A stretch of 64,000 nt of DNA from NCBI RefSeq assembly GCF_018350175.1, contig NC_058368.1, forward strand, positions 203,796,001 through 203,860,000. The letters run 5' to 3'. Position 1 is the first letter of the stretch. Each line of letters opens with the position of its first letter. The DNA is from Felis catus (taxonomy: Eukaryota). The position numbers and the translations under genes are program-made. Under the pieces are notes generated by a model, which had not been told where the DNA came from, ran no database searches, and was given only the letters and a program-made list of their open reading frames with translations. Positions 38,094 through 50,741 of the stretch are shown here, one piece after another.

Positions 38094-39689
38094 AAAGAAA
38101 TTATTTTGTGAAAAATTTAAGTGAAAGAAAAGTTCAAGATTTTTCAGGTCTGTCTGGTTCTAATGGTAAAGCATTGCCAATCCAAGGGGCAGATTTCAGC
38201 AGCTTTAAAAGGAGTTTGTTAATTAAAATCACCCTTCTCTTAAGTTGCCTCTTTTTCTGTCTCTTTAGTTGGCCCAACTTGTCTATTAGTATAATATTAA
38301 ACAAATGAAAACAAAAGGAAAAATGAAGTGAGGTTCTTTCTATGCATATTTCTAAGACCAGGCAGTGTATGCTCCAAAACCATGTCCACAGAGCCAAAAT
38401 TATTGAGAAAATAAAGCATCTTTTTAGCTGATTGAAAACTACTTGAATTCAATGCTTGTTTTACGTACCGAAACGATTCACACCCTCGCAGTTTAAAAAG
38501 TAATAGCAAAATAGACACTACTAAGATATAGTACATACTCCTTTCCACACACAAGGCTTTGATGGGCCTCTGAAATATACCCAAGAAAGCAAAGTACCTC
38601 TTAATCCTGTCAGAAAATGTCTAAGGAGGCCTGACATTACTTCCCACAATCACTTGTTAACTTTGGAAAGTAAAGCTTTCTGAATGTCCCCATCAACCTT
38701 GGTTTTCTGATCATGTGATCAGAGAAAGAAATACACTCTGGCTTTCATTAGTTGGAGGACATGTGCAAGTAGAACTTACAACACAAAACAATCTCAGTTG
38801 CTGATCTTGTTCTCTCATCTGGACCAAACAGTGTTAGTGTCCACAACTGCAGTAAACAGCGTGGCTAGAGCTAACGTAAACATTTCAGAAATCAGAAGTT
38901 TAATATCATTGTTCAGAAGTTGGACCAAGCTATGACTAAACTCTTCTGCGCTCTAGACCGCAGGCTAGAGGCTGACTTTGATAGATTTCCAGAAAGAAAG
39001 TGCATCCAAACCTGCACACTGAGAGAAAAGTAAACATTCCCAGCACTGGAAGGAGACGTGGCAACAGGTACCATTGGTGGGAGAATAAATGAAGAACACA
39101 GGACAAAGGGCAGTAATGCCTGTAGCAGGTGGGAGGCTTTCTGTGGTCCCCACTGCTGTTCAAGTCAGGTCATAAAAGTAGATACTGTTTATTTCTGCAG
39201 TGGTAGTTCAGCTCTAGCTCCTCTGGCCACATTTTTGAAAATAGCTCCATGCCATTCCTATTATGCGCGGGCTTTCTTCAGACCCAGGGCAAGACAAAGG
39301 AAAAACCAACCTAAACAAAACAAACGGAAACTAAATACTTTGGGTTTACTTTATAAACATGTCAGCCACAAGGTAGATAATTACCTTCAAATAAAGGAAA
39401 AACCTGCTGAAGTTTGCCCAAGTAAGACTTTCGGTGTCGTTTATGAGATCATAATGTTCTTTTTAGATGTTTTTGTCATCTCTAAGTCTATGCAGCCAAA
39501 GATACTTTTGAGCTTCATGTTTATTCCCAGGGCTAATCCCGGAATAAAGACAGACTATGCTGAAAGGTACCTACTCTACTGTATCGACAAGGGTATGCTT
39601 ACTGTCACTGGACTTCATCGAAATGATTAGGCCCCAACCTTTCTATTTACAGACTTTTTAAGTTAGAAGAATAGGAATGCTCTCTTTTT

Positions 39690-40050
39690 TTTTATAATTA
39701 CATTAGGACAGCCCTTTACAATTTCTCATCGGCTTTGTCATTATTGCCCATAGCAGCCTTGAGAGGTAAACCAACAGAAAGTTATGACCCATATTTCGCG
39801 GAACAGAGAACAGGCAACAAGAAGTGACAGAGTTGGGATTTGAACCCAGGGCACTGGATGCTAATCCCCACACTCTTTCCCCTTTACCATGTTATCTCTA
39901 CATAAATGTCATGAGCTGAATTACAATTTCTAATAATAAAACGAACTCTGAAACACACTAAATAATTTATTCAAGATCATCTTGCTAGTGAACAGCGGAG
40001 GTCGGATCTGACCCCTGAGTGTTTCTGAGTCCAGAGCCCATGCTTTTGGC
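39690..40050 (-). mobile_element. MIR relics (two pieces)
   Basis: agaagtgacagagttgggatttgaacccagg and ctagtgaacagcgg...tctgagtccagagcccatgc. Confidence 0.6.
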
Positions 40051-40952
40051 ACCCAATGAACTGCCATGGCTCACAGTCCGCCAAAGACTGTGAAGTCCGC
40101 ACCTAACACTGGCCCAGTAAATAAGAAACTATCAGAACTTCTTACGCTTCCTCGGCATCTTATTCAGCTCATTCCTTCATTCTAGATCTTTTCATCTGTC
40201 AGTACTTAGATCTATACTAAGATTTCAGGGGGGCTCTTTTTTCTTTTTAATTGTCCTCAGTCTTACGAAAGTCACATTCAACTAATGGGTGCTGAGGCTA
40301 GTTCTGCATCTTTTATTACATGGCTATTTAATTCTCTTCTTCCTTGGTCTGAAAACTCAACTGAGAAGTAATTTAAATGCTTACTGTGGGCCAAGCACTA
40401 TGCTACACATTGCAAAGTAAAAAAAAAAAAAACAAAAAATCAAGACATTAAATCACCTTCAAGGAGCTTATAGTCCAGCTAGAAATACATGATTCCAAAT
40501 GAGAGCAGAAAACATTTACATGTTCAACTCAAAAACTCTTAAAAAGCATAAAACACTCATACAAAAGATAGATGCAGTGTCGGGAACCTCTGAGGTCCTG
40601 ACTAAGTAATAAGCAACTAAGTGTAATAGTTGCTATAATATTTTGTCTGTCCCACATTTGAGCAGAGATCTTTTGATTGTAAGGGACAGAAGCAGCTCAA
40701 ATTAGGTTAGGCAAAAAAAGGGAATTTATTTGTTCATATTTATAAAAATTCTCTATAAATTCATCATAATTTGCAATCCTGGCCCAAGAAGCAAACTCTC
40801 GACGAAAACAGTTATCTAGGTCACTATATACGCTTTTTGTTCGTGAAGATTAAACAAGGCTTAATTTTAGTTTCATCAGAAGTTTTTCAATATGTAACTA
40901 ACTATGCAGTTGAATATATAGTGAAAAAGAAATGACTGTTTTCTTAAACATC

Positions 40953-41180
40953 TTTTTTTAATGTTTATTTATTTTTGAGAGAGAGAGACAGAGAGACGGA
41001 GCATTAAGTGGGGAAGGGCAGAGAGGGACAGACAGACAGGCAGACAGACAGAATCCGAAGCGGGATCCAGGCTCTAAGCTGTCAGCACAGAGCCTGACAC
41101 AGAGCTGGAACTCACGAACTGCAGGATCATGACCTGAGCTGAAGTCAGACGCTTAACCAACTGAGCCACCCAGGGGGCCC
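40953..41180 (-). mobile_element. Can-SINE
   Basis: Reverse-complement consensus with (GACA)n expansion. Confidence 0.95.
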
Positions 41181-41344
41181 CAAGATATGATTGTTTCCTT
41201 TTTTTTTTCCTGAAAGAAGAATCTATCGTTGCCAATCAAAATGCCCTAACATAGGTGGTAGCTTCCAGGGTCTCTGCCTACCATGGTTGTCAGCGGAGGT
41301 TCATTAGAATAATTTCAGAATCTTTTAAAAAGAAATCAACATAA

Positions 41345-41527
41345 GGTCACCTGGGTGCTCAGTTGGTTAACCTCTGACTCCTGATTTGGGATCAGGTCAT
41401 GATCTTACAGTTTGTGGGACTGAGCCCTGCATCAGGCTGTTCAGCACAGAGCCTGTTTGAGATTCTCCCTCTGTCTCTCTCTCTCTCTCTCAAAACTACA
41501 CATTAAACAACAACAACAAAAAAAAAA
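41345..41527 (+). mobile_element. Can-SINE (old, diverged)
   Basis: ggtcacctgggtgctcagttggtt...caggtcatgatct...(CT)n and A-rich tail. Confidence 0.88.
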
Positions 41528-42472
41528 TCAATGCCACCCATCCTCCCTCAATACAAAACCAATTCAATCAGAAGCCTAGAAACTGGAACCTAGGCACAGT
41601 ATTTCTTATGTGCAATGAGAATTAAAAATCCATCTTTTATTTACTATTTACATTATACCATCTATTCAGTCAAAAAGTTAGCAGTGCTCCCCAGTTAATG
41701 ACAAAAAGACAGAAAGCTAATTTTGGCTACTAGACAAGGGCAAAACAAGAAAAAATGATTTACGTGAGAATTCAGGCATACTTAGTGTTTCCACAAAAGT
41801 GGCACTGATTCTTGGCCATGATACCTAGAAGCCATTTTTCAATTTCCTTGCAAGGATTTCTTCCCAACCATAAAAGTCTAGAACCTTTATATGTGCCCTC
41901 CATTCTTTGTGGGTTTTTTTTCTTATTTTTTGCCCACAAAATTAGCCAGAGAATGCTTTGCCACTATCCCAAAGGCTTTACAGAAAATATGAACTGGAGG
42001 TTTAGACTTCTACCTCCAGGTAGAAAAAGGCAGAAGTGAGTGTATGGAGTTCTGTCATCAAATACCACTACCAGCTGGTAGGTTGTCCCACAGGCTACCC
42101 TGAAGCAGAAGGTCAACCACTTGACGTTGTGAAAGGACAGTTATTTTAAGGGACTTGTGAGTGAGCCACGTGAAATGACAGAGGCCATAAAGTTGACCAT
42201 AAATGTCGCTTCTAATTAAAGATAATGCGTGCATGCTGGTTCATTTGAGAAAACATGGGACTGCATCGGAGAACAGCAGCTTAACTACCACTTTATTCAC
42301 ACGTTATTAGTAACAAAGATAAATTAGAGCATTATGCGGAAGAAGGGAGTCATTTACACTGACTGCATTGGAGGAAAAAGCCTTAGAAGGTGACAGCTCA
42401 TTACTTAAGGGGTTTATTTTCTGCCAACTAAAAGGGATCATATGGCTATAGCCCAGTCTTTTCTTTTCTTAC

Positions 42473-42553
42473 CTTGACTCCAGAGCCATTGCTGGCCCAT
42501 GAAGGGATTAAATCTACGTCTTCAGAATCAACAACTTACTCTCAGTGGCCCAA
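42473..42553 (-). other. Candidate spliced exon (81 nt; non-coding or poison type)
   Basis: Minus strand acceptor gttttatttatttttattttctgccag| and donor AAG|GTAAGA; possible internal donor GA|GTAAGT at ~42539; stops in all three frames. Confidence 0.4.
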
Positions 42554-43327
42554 CTGGCAGAAAATAAAAATAAATAAAACACAAAAAAAACTCTTATTTT
42601 GCAATATTAACAAAGAAAACACTGACCTTCCACCTTCTACCTAATCTACCCCCAATTGCTTCTTTGACACCATGCCTAGTAAAATGAAAAGGGGTTTTCA
42701 AAAGAAGGAAAGAAACATCTGCTTGGACTTCAGATTCCCCTCCAAAGCAAAACCAAGCCTAGAAAGGTTACATGTTTCAAGGAGCCACGCAAGACAAAGC
42801 AGAAAGTTCAACTGCTTATCCCACTTGACCTTGGCTTTAACACAGGATCACGTTGATCCTGATGGAGAGATTAAAACGCCAAGTCCAGAACTGCTCACCA
42901 AGCAAATTCACAAGGGGAGTTCTAAGAGTTCTTTGGCACTCTTGTTTCATATGGAATTAGGAGGGACGATCCCAGGCCACAAATGTAGCAATATTTTAAC
43001 TCAGTGTGCAAAATTTCAAAGATAAAGCCTGAGATTGGAAGCCGTACTGAACTTTTCAAATAGTGCTTTCCTGGTAGGCTTTGTCAGGGAAAAAAAATAA
43101 GTAAATAATAATAATAATAATAATAATAATACAGGCACATATATGAGAGCTGTTGAAAGATTTCTTTATGGAGGGGGAAAATGGAGGTCATTAGGGCCAC
43201 GAGAGGTAAAGGATAAAGGTGGGGGATGACAAACTCAAAAACATTTTGTTTTACATATTCCTACTCTAACTTGCAAGTTCATGCTACCTTCCATGAATAT
43301 CACTTTCATAGGACAGCAAAACGGTTT

Positions 43328-43645
43328 TGTCGAGAACCGACCTCTGTGTTTCAGAGCCAAAATATAACATGAAGATAGAGTTGGGGATAAAGAGAAACAA
43401 TCGCTTTATTGCTTTGCAAGGAAAAAGAGGGTGCAGCAGGTATGGCCTTCAAAAACCGCAAGCCCACCGCCGGGAGGAAGGTGTTGGAGGGTTTCATAGA
43501 GAAATACCGGATCTAGACAGTTTCGACAGGAATTGTGTCCATGCCGCCAGCCTCATTCATCATTTCCAGGGTGGTGCCCAGTGTCTGAAACAAAAGGCTG
43601 GGGAGGGATGGGGGAGGTGTGCAGAAGAGAGGAAAAAGGGTTAAG
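43328..43645 (-). mobile_element. ERV1-like solo LTR (carnivore type), probably partial
   Basis: Starts tgtcgagaaccga (minus-strand ...ACA end); gctttattgctttgc gives AATAAA on the minus strand; CpGs retained. Confidence 0.55.
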
Positions 43646-43888
43646 TGCTTCCCTGAAGCATTAGTGCAGCCATTTAATTTTCATTCAACTTTGTGCTTTC
43701 AAGAGGTCTCAATGGCACATACATGATCACATCTTTCTACAGTAAACACTACAGTAGTTGTGAACAATAAATCAGAAATATAAACTTCAAACTTAAAATT
43801 TTGAAAATCTGAAAGGAGTGACAACAAAAAAGAGATTAACTACAAAGGTCTGTGCTGGTCCACTAGCCCATCTCCTAAATTGTACCCT

Positions 43889-44044
43889 GGGGGCACCTAA
43901 GCGACTCAGTCCGTTAAGCATCAGACTCTTGCTTTTGGTTCAGGTCATGATCTCACGGTTCCTGAGTTTGAGCCCCACGTCAGGCACTGTGCTGACAGTG
44001 TGGAGCCTGCCTGGGATATTCTCTCTCTCTCTTGCCCACTTGTG

Positions 44045-44084
<40 letters not shown>

Positions 44085-44115
44085 ATAAATAAACTTTTAA
44101 AAGAAAAAAAAAAGA
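43889..44115 (+). mobile_element. Can-SINE (older)
   Basis: ggggcacctaagcgactcagtcc head, (CT)n, A tail. Confidence 0.93.
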
Positions 44116-45886
44116 AAGCACCCTAAGCCAGTGGTCTGGGAAACTGGATTCCACCCCATGTCAGCCACTGCCTGACTGTACCTCAGGCAAACTTCTTATG
44201 TTCTTTGGGCCTCAATTTCTCCATCAGTAAAATAAAAGAGTTGGAGTAGAGAAATTCCAGAACCAAAATACTCATAGATGTCATGGAAGTTATGCAGAGC
44301 TGCTCATGAATATCATGCCTCTGTTTCCAACTTATTTTTCAGACTAGCCCAACCCATAGCAGTTTCTCCCTCTTCCCTGTTCAGGCTACACATTAACTCT
44401 CCCACTGCTCTCTTAGTTCAGGATCATTCAATCCCTGTGATGTCTTCTCTCTCTGTGACACTGTAAATTCCCTGAAGGTATAAAACAATTCGTTTCTAAC
44501 TGCATCCCTCATTGAAATTAAGAATGTTAAGCACATGGTAGATGCTTACACACTTTTTTTGAGGTATTTATGAGTGAATGACTATTTGGCCCTTACTAAA
44601 TATTGATTTAATTGACGAGTCACTACTGATCACAAAAATAAGCCAAAAGAGACCACTGATTTCTAGAAAGCAGGTTCTGGTCACCAGACCAAAAACTTAC
44701 CTAGGTTACATTTGTTAGGCAGAAAAAAAAAATCTTATCCCCACTTTAAAATCCCTCTGTTATTCCTGTTATGACAGAATCACAAAAGTGATTGCATATA
44801 AATTGCATCTGAAAATCTTACAGATATATAATAAACAAGTCAATGACACAAAAATCATTTGTTGTTGAGTGCCTTCATAAAAATAGGAAGAAATTCTACA
44901 TCTTCCTAGTCCTTATTAATATACTGTACTTATCTTCTAGTGTTTCTTGGGGTTTTGCTCTGTTTTACTAATTAATATAAAAACACTTAACTCTGTTAAT
45001 TGTACCCCATTTAAGATGACTTAAGCTTTCCACACCTTTTTCACACTTTTTCTGTTTCTGTTAATTCCGCACAGCTAGTATAAATTTATTGGCCATTTTT
45101 GTTAAAAATATCTATTGTTTTCACCATTCCCTACCACACATATACCTAACAAAACCTCTTAAGGGGATGGATATCAGAATTAGGGTGCTTATGCATTTTG
45201 CCAATATTCCTGGCTCTGTGGCCAGGCATTCTCAGTGGTTATCATCCCAGAAAAGTGCTCCGTCCTAAGATTGGACTGGAGAAATAATTAGTTAACAACT
45301 ATAGGCAAAAGCAGAAAATAAGAGGCTCTGACAGTGTAAGAGTCTTGCAACGTCACAGACAAGAGCTCTCTCCCACCAGCATATGGAAAGTTTTCTTACT
45401 TGCTAATTAGACTCTACTATCCCTTTGCTCTTTACTGCACAAACACCAATTTTATCCTACACATAACCTCAATTAGTTTTTCCTATGCTAACAGCTAAGG
45501 AGACACGGTACACGTTTTTCTCTCCCAGATGTTGGTTATCAGCATGTATTTGAAAGGAAAGCACGTAAAGAAAAATCATAGCCAGATAAACAGGATCAAT
45601 TCCTTAGAGACATAAGTCACAAGACTATAGAAAGGGCCACAAATTAGGTAAGCAACAAATACGATGGCCTTATTTTGAGTGCTAGATATTCAGCCAGTGG
45701 TTAGGACTTAAAGAAATAAACATTTCCTTCACATGTGGTTTTTCGGTTCCCTGTTAAAGTTTACTATCAGAGACTTTAATTTTGGCTAAAGTGTATTTTA
45801 AAATATTTGTTCATCTCATCTGGTCACAACAGAATCATTAGGAAACCCCAAACCAGTTGAGTCCATTATAAGTTGGTTGGAATCAT

Positions 45887-45888
<2 letters not shown>

Positions 45889-45938
<50 letters not shown>
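45889..45938. repeat. (CA)n microsatellite, about 25 units
   Basis: Direct reading. Confidence 0.98.
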
Positions 45939-45939
<1 letters not shown>

Positions 45940-46776
45940 AGTGATTATCCCTTTTGTCGCTAGCATTTTGTGTTAGGAAGATTGTCCCTTTTCCCATACC
46001 CCTGCCTCAAAAGAACAGTTTTAATTCCAAGTGTCCCGCTAAACAGAAACACTGATAAAGGCAGCCAAACTAAAAAGCAAGCCAACAAGAATAATGCATG
46101 GCACACACTTGCTCTTTCCTGTCCTGTGATGATTGAGTTCAGATGGACCACCATCTGAAGCACGTGGTGTTTGCCAGTGAGGCTCACAGTATTCAAGCTG
46201 GAAGCCTGAACTCCAGGCAAACCAACAGGGAGAAGCGGCTGAGAGGGCCGTCACACCTGGGATGGATCTTCTGGTCTTGACTATGAGAAAGAGAAATGTG
46301 GACTCGAGTAACTCAGAGTCACTGAAACAGCAGAGCTGTTAGGCCTATTTATCAGATTGACCCAAGTTTGATATGACAGAAACAGCATGTTCTGCTATTC
46401 AATGAGCCCATTGGTGTAAATACCAGTCAGGCAGCTCATGAACTCCAGTGGGGTTCTGTTTATTTTGCACGTAACAGAAGGAGATTTTTCTGACATTTTT
46501 CCTCTGAAGTACAGAGGGAAAAAAACTTAACCACTGAATGGACCTGACACAAAAAGAAAAGAAAGCAGTTGCTTGAAACCAAAATACATCTCTGAAAAAC
46601 AGGTCATTTTAAAAACTTTTTAGTGACCATCAAATGGAATCCTTTTTATGGGATTATATTTGGTTGCTGTCCTAAAAAGTATACAGTTAACTCATTATTC
46701 ACTTAGAAGATGCAGCTCAAGAACAATATTAAGCAACACGATAATTCTGAGTAACTAAAACTCATATAGACTCAAA

Positions 46777-46838
46777 GCTGCTTAGGATTCTGTGTCTCCC
46801 TCTCTCTCCACCCCTTCCCCACTCACTCATTCTCTCTC

Positions 46839-46890
<52 letters not shown>

Positions 46891-46930
46891 AAAAATAAAC
46901 ATTTACCAAAATAAATGAATAAATAAAATT
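46777..46930 (+). mobile_element. Can-SINE 3' half
   Basis: Begins at ctgcttaggattctgtgtctccc; head absent. Confidence 0.9.
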
Positions 46931-47014
46931 AAAACATTGAGTATAAAACAATCATAATTTTTAATTTATGTAAATGCATAGGAAAAAGACTTGGCATATA
47001 TCCTATAGATCAGG

Positions 47015-47270
47015 ACGGTCCAGTAGAAATGTGGTGTAAGCCACAGATGTGATTTTTAATTTTATAACATCCACATTAAAACAGCAAAAAGAAACAAATG
47101 AAATTAATTTTAATAACATACTTTAACCAAATATATTTAAATATTACCACTTGAATACATAATCAATACAAAAAATGATTAATGAGATATTTTATATATT
47201 TTCATACTAAGTCCATGAAATTTGGTGTGTGTTTTGCATTTATAGCACAACTTATTTCAGGCTACCATAC
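47015..47270. mobile_element. MER33-like hAT-Charlie fossil
   Basis: gtccagtagaaat...aagccaca...ccacattaaaa...aaaagaaacaaatgaaattaattttaataa. Confidence 0.8.
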
Positions 47271-47892
47271 TGGGCAGTATACCTCAAGAATGTCAGAAAT
47301 GGCCAATTTCTCTTTTTATATTTATGCTTTTCTATACATTCCACTTTTATAATCAGGGGGGAAATCAGTATTTTAAAATATCTAAAGAGAGGCAGCCTGA
47401 ACAGAGAAAAAATATATACCACATGGGTTTTGGAGTTGGAAACCAGGGGCAGAGGTTTCTGATTCTGTTACTTTGCAGCTGCATTGCAAGTCTTCATCTG
47501 AGTGGGAAAAATAATACCTATTTCATTAAAACACTGAGAGTAATGACATAACTGGTGAAAAGCGCACAGCAGAATGCCTGGAAAATAGTGTCTACTTTAA
47601 GAAAGTTAACTTTTTCTTAACCAGTAATTTCTCTACCTAAAATTTCCCTATATATAGAACACCACTTGAACTAATGGTAAAGTTTAGATATGCTGTGAGC
47701 CCTCTGAAGGAGGGAGTTTCCCGTTTTGTGGTTGAGAGTCTAGCATAGCACCTGGTTATATAAATTAATAAATGAATGAACAAATTAATGACATTTGGAT
47801 AGGCTATTCCTTTTAAAAGCATACTCAACTAAATAAGTCCTTCATATGTCCTTCCCCTTTACGTATTAATAATTTAAAATCATCTGAAATGC

Positions 47893-48312
47893 AAGGTGCC
47901 TGGGTGGCTCAGTCAGTTAAGCATCTGACTTCGGCTCAGGTCACGATCTCACAGTTTGTGAGTTCAAGCCCCACATCAGGCTCTCTGCTGTCAGTGCAGA
48001 GCCTGCTTCAGACCCTCCGTCTTCCTATCTCTGCCCGTTCCCCGCCCCCTCTCTCCCTCTCTCTCAAAAATAAAAACATTGAAGGGGCGCCTGGTTGGCT
48101 CAGTCTGTTAAGTGTCCAACTTCGGCTCAAGTCATGATATCATGGTTTGTGAGTTTGAGCTCCGTGTGGGGCTCTGGAGCCTGCTTCGGATTCTGTGTTT
48201 CCCTCTCTCTCTGCCCCTCCCCTGCTCATGTTCTATCTCTCTCCCCGTCTCCTCAGAAATAAACATTAAAAAATTCAATAAAAACATTAAAAATAAATTA
48301 AAAAAATAAATA
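47893..48312 (+). mobile_element. Two Can-SINEs, the second (48084-~48276) inserted in the A-tail of the first
   Basis: Inner TSD aataaaaacatt; outer TSD taaaatcat(c)tgaaat-like. Confidence 0.92.
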
Positions 48313-49109
48313 AAATCATGAAATCAAAAAAAAAAAAGGTCCCATATATTTAAGACGTCCCTAATTTGCCCATTCTTTCCTCTGTTGGTTCTTGTCACCC
48401 TCCATCCACCAGCCTCGTCTTGGGATTAGCAGTTTGACATTCTTTCTTAGAGCTTCCACAATACTTCATTTTCCTCTATTTCAGCATTTATTATGATCTA
48501 TTTGACTTATTTCTGTGCATGGCTGACTCCCTCAATAGACTGAGTTCCTTGAATGCAAGCACCATGTTCCCCCCACAGTTGCTAGAACAAAGTAAGTGTT
48601 CAATACATGTCTACTCTATGTTTGAGGGTATGAATGAGTAGGACTACTAAATTGTAAGCTCCTCAAAGTTATTTCATTCATTCTGTATACCTCATTAGGC
48701 CTTTCCATCTCCTTATGTGTGGAGATGATAGTCCAAGTATTAACTTGCTTCCTGCCTGTTCCCCACATTACCCTGTCCACAGGCTCACCAAATTCTTCCT
48801 CTTGGTCCCCTCCTCTGCCCAACTTCAGAACAGAATTGTCACCTACAGTGGGAAAATAGCAAAGGACTGTGCAAAATGAAAAGTTTAGATATGGAAAGGC
48901 AGGTTGAGCTACTCTGTTTTTAAAGAAATCCAACTAGAAAGGAGAAGAGAAAGTGAAGTAAATCTACATAAACTGGAGTGGAAGGAATAATACCACCTCA
49001 ATTTTTGGAGATGAAAAAGTCTGGTCAGTGAAGGGCATAGCTGTCTAATTAATGTAGTGCTCTCCTTTAAATAACTGTAGCCCAATAAAACACTTGTAAG
49101 TCCTTTGTT

Positions 49110-49343
49110 TTTGGTTTTTTTTATTTAAAATTTTTTTTAAAATTTATTTATTTTTGACAGAGAATGAGCATGGGGGGGGAGGAGGCAGGTTGGGGCAGAG
49201 AGACAGGGAAAGAGAATCCCAAGCAGACTCCTCATCATCAGCATAGAGCCCAACTTGGGCCTCTAACTCATGTACCATGAGATCATGACCTGAGCCAAAA
49301 TCAAGAGTCAAACGCTTAACTGACTGAACCACCCAGGCACCCC
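49110..49343 (-). mobile_element. Can-SINE
   Basis: Reverse-complement consensus; TSD aacacttgtaagtcctttgt / aacacacgtaaatcctttgt. Confidence 0.94.
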
Positions 49344-49929
49344 AACACACGTAAATCCTTTGTATAGACAATTACACACTTGCCTTCCATAAGGGATAAT
49401 ATAATGGTGATATTAAAGGAAATTCTACCTCTGGCCAAAGTGGGATTACGTGAGCCAATTTGGAACTATCCCATTTATGCCTATTATACATATTCTGAAT
49501 GTAAAAATGAACAAGTAAAGAAAGTTATTTTCTTCATCACTCTTAAACAATTTTAAACTTGTCAACCATATCATGCAGTGAAAAATAAGCTGTACAAATT
49601 CTTGGCTAATACATAGGCAAATTCAAGTTCCATAAATATGTTTTATTATGCTTTGCTGATATCTAGATATATATATTCCTCATATTTGAATCCAGCTTCA
49701 TACCACTAAATTTATTTTAGACTTTCAAATTCTGTACTTCCTTAGGTTTTTTTTAGGAGGGAGGGAGAAGGGGGCTGACTGGTTGGTTGGTTGGTTGGTA
49801 TTTTAGAACTCCAAAGAGTTGAGTCAGTCATGTTCTTCAGTCCATAGCATATTATCCTTATCAGCCACGGAAAGCTGTTCTCTTGTTTGTTTTATTTTTC
49901 TCCTTCTTATCCATCTTCATTTTCATTTG

Positions 49930-50700
49930 CTTCCTTTGCACAGACATCAATTCTAGTATGTTTGAAATATGTCCTTAAATATTCATGTATGCTTATAAAA
50001 TTTTTAGTGTTGTTTATGTATTTCTTCTTTTATTTATATGAATGCTAGGCTATAAATATGATTGTCTTTCAACTTTTTCAACACTGTCTTTTTAATGTCT
50101 ATCCATTATCCAGCAGGAATCCATTCTAACCACTATGCAGTATTCCATTGTATATATCTGCCATATTTTATTTATCCAATCCACCAATGATGGATACCTA
50201 TACTGATAATTTCCAATTGCTATAAACCACATCAAAATAAACATCCTCAAACTGTCCATCCTGCCAGGTTATATACTTAGGAGTGGCAATGCTGATTCAA
50301 AGAGCCAAAGCAGATCTAATTTCAGTAAATAAAGGTGACAGATGTATGTGAGATTTCTGTGCCCATTTATACTTTCTATAGCACCATATAAGAATTCCTA
50401 CTTCCTTGAGGCACCTGGGTGGCTCAGTCGGTCAAATATCCAGCTCTCGGTTTCAGCTCGAACCATGATCTCACAGTTTCATAGGTTTAAGCTCTGCACT
50501 GGCAGTGTGTTGGGCTCTGCACTGGCAGTGTGGAGCCTGGTTAGTATTCTCTTTCTCTCCCTCTCTCTCTGCCCCTCCCCAACTCGTGCTGTCTCCATCT
50601 CTCATAAAATAAATAAATAAACTTTAAAACAAAAAGAATTCCTACCTCCTTTTTTCATACAATATCATACCACCTGACAGTCTCCATTTTTTTCGAACTT
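49930..50700 (-). mobile_element. Ancient L1 3' fragment (resumes at ~52201-52240)
   Basis: gcagtattccattgtatatatctgccatattttatttatcc...aggagtggcaatgctg; continuation tctgatgagtatgaagtgggatctca. Confidence 0.7.
50408..50632 (+). mobile_element. Can-SINE with an internal 19-nt duplication
   Basis: TSD aagaattcctac; gctctgcactggcagtgtg at 50491-50509 and 50514-50532. Confidence 0.94.
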
Positions 50701-50741
50701 TGTCTTTGTTGTGTCTGTGAGACAGACTGTGAGAAGACTGT

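Noticed and set aside
39058..39630. Longest ORF in the track (190 aa)
   Set aside because: GTG start, no recognisable domain, a low-complexity A-rich stretch and no exon-like boundaries; consistent with chance in 64 kb.
42498..42509. Third partial match (catgaagggatt) to the 24-nt templated segment
   Set aside because: Only 12 nt and found post hoc; too short to separate from chance.
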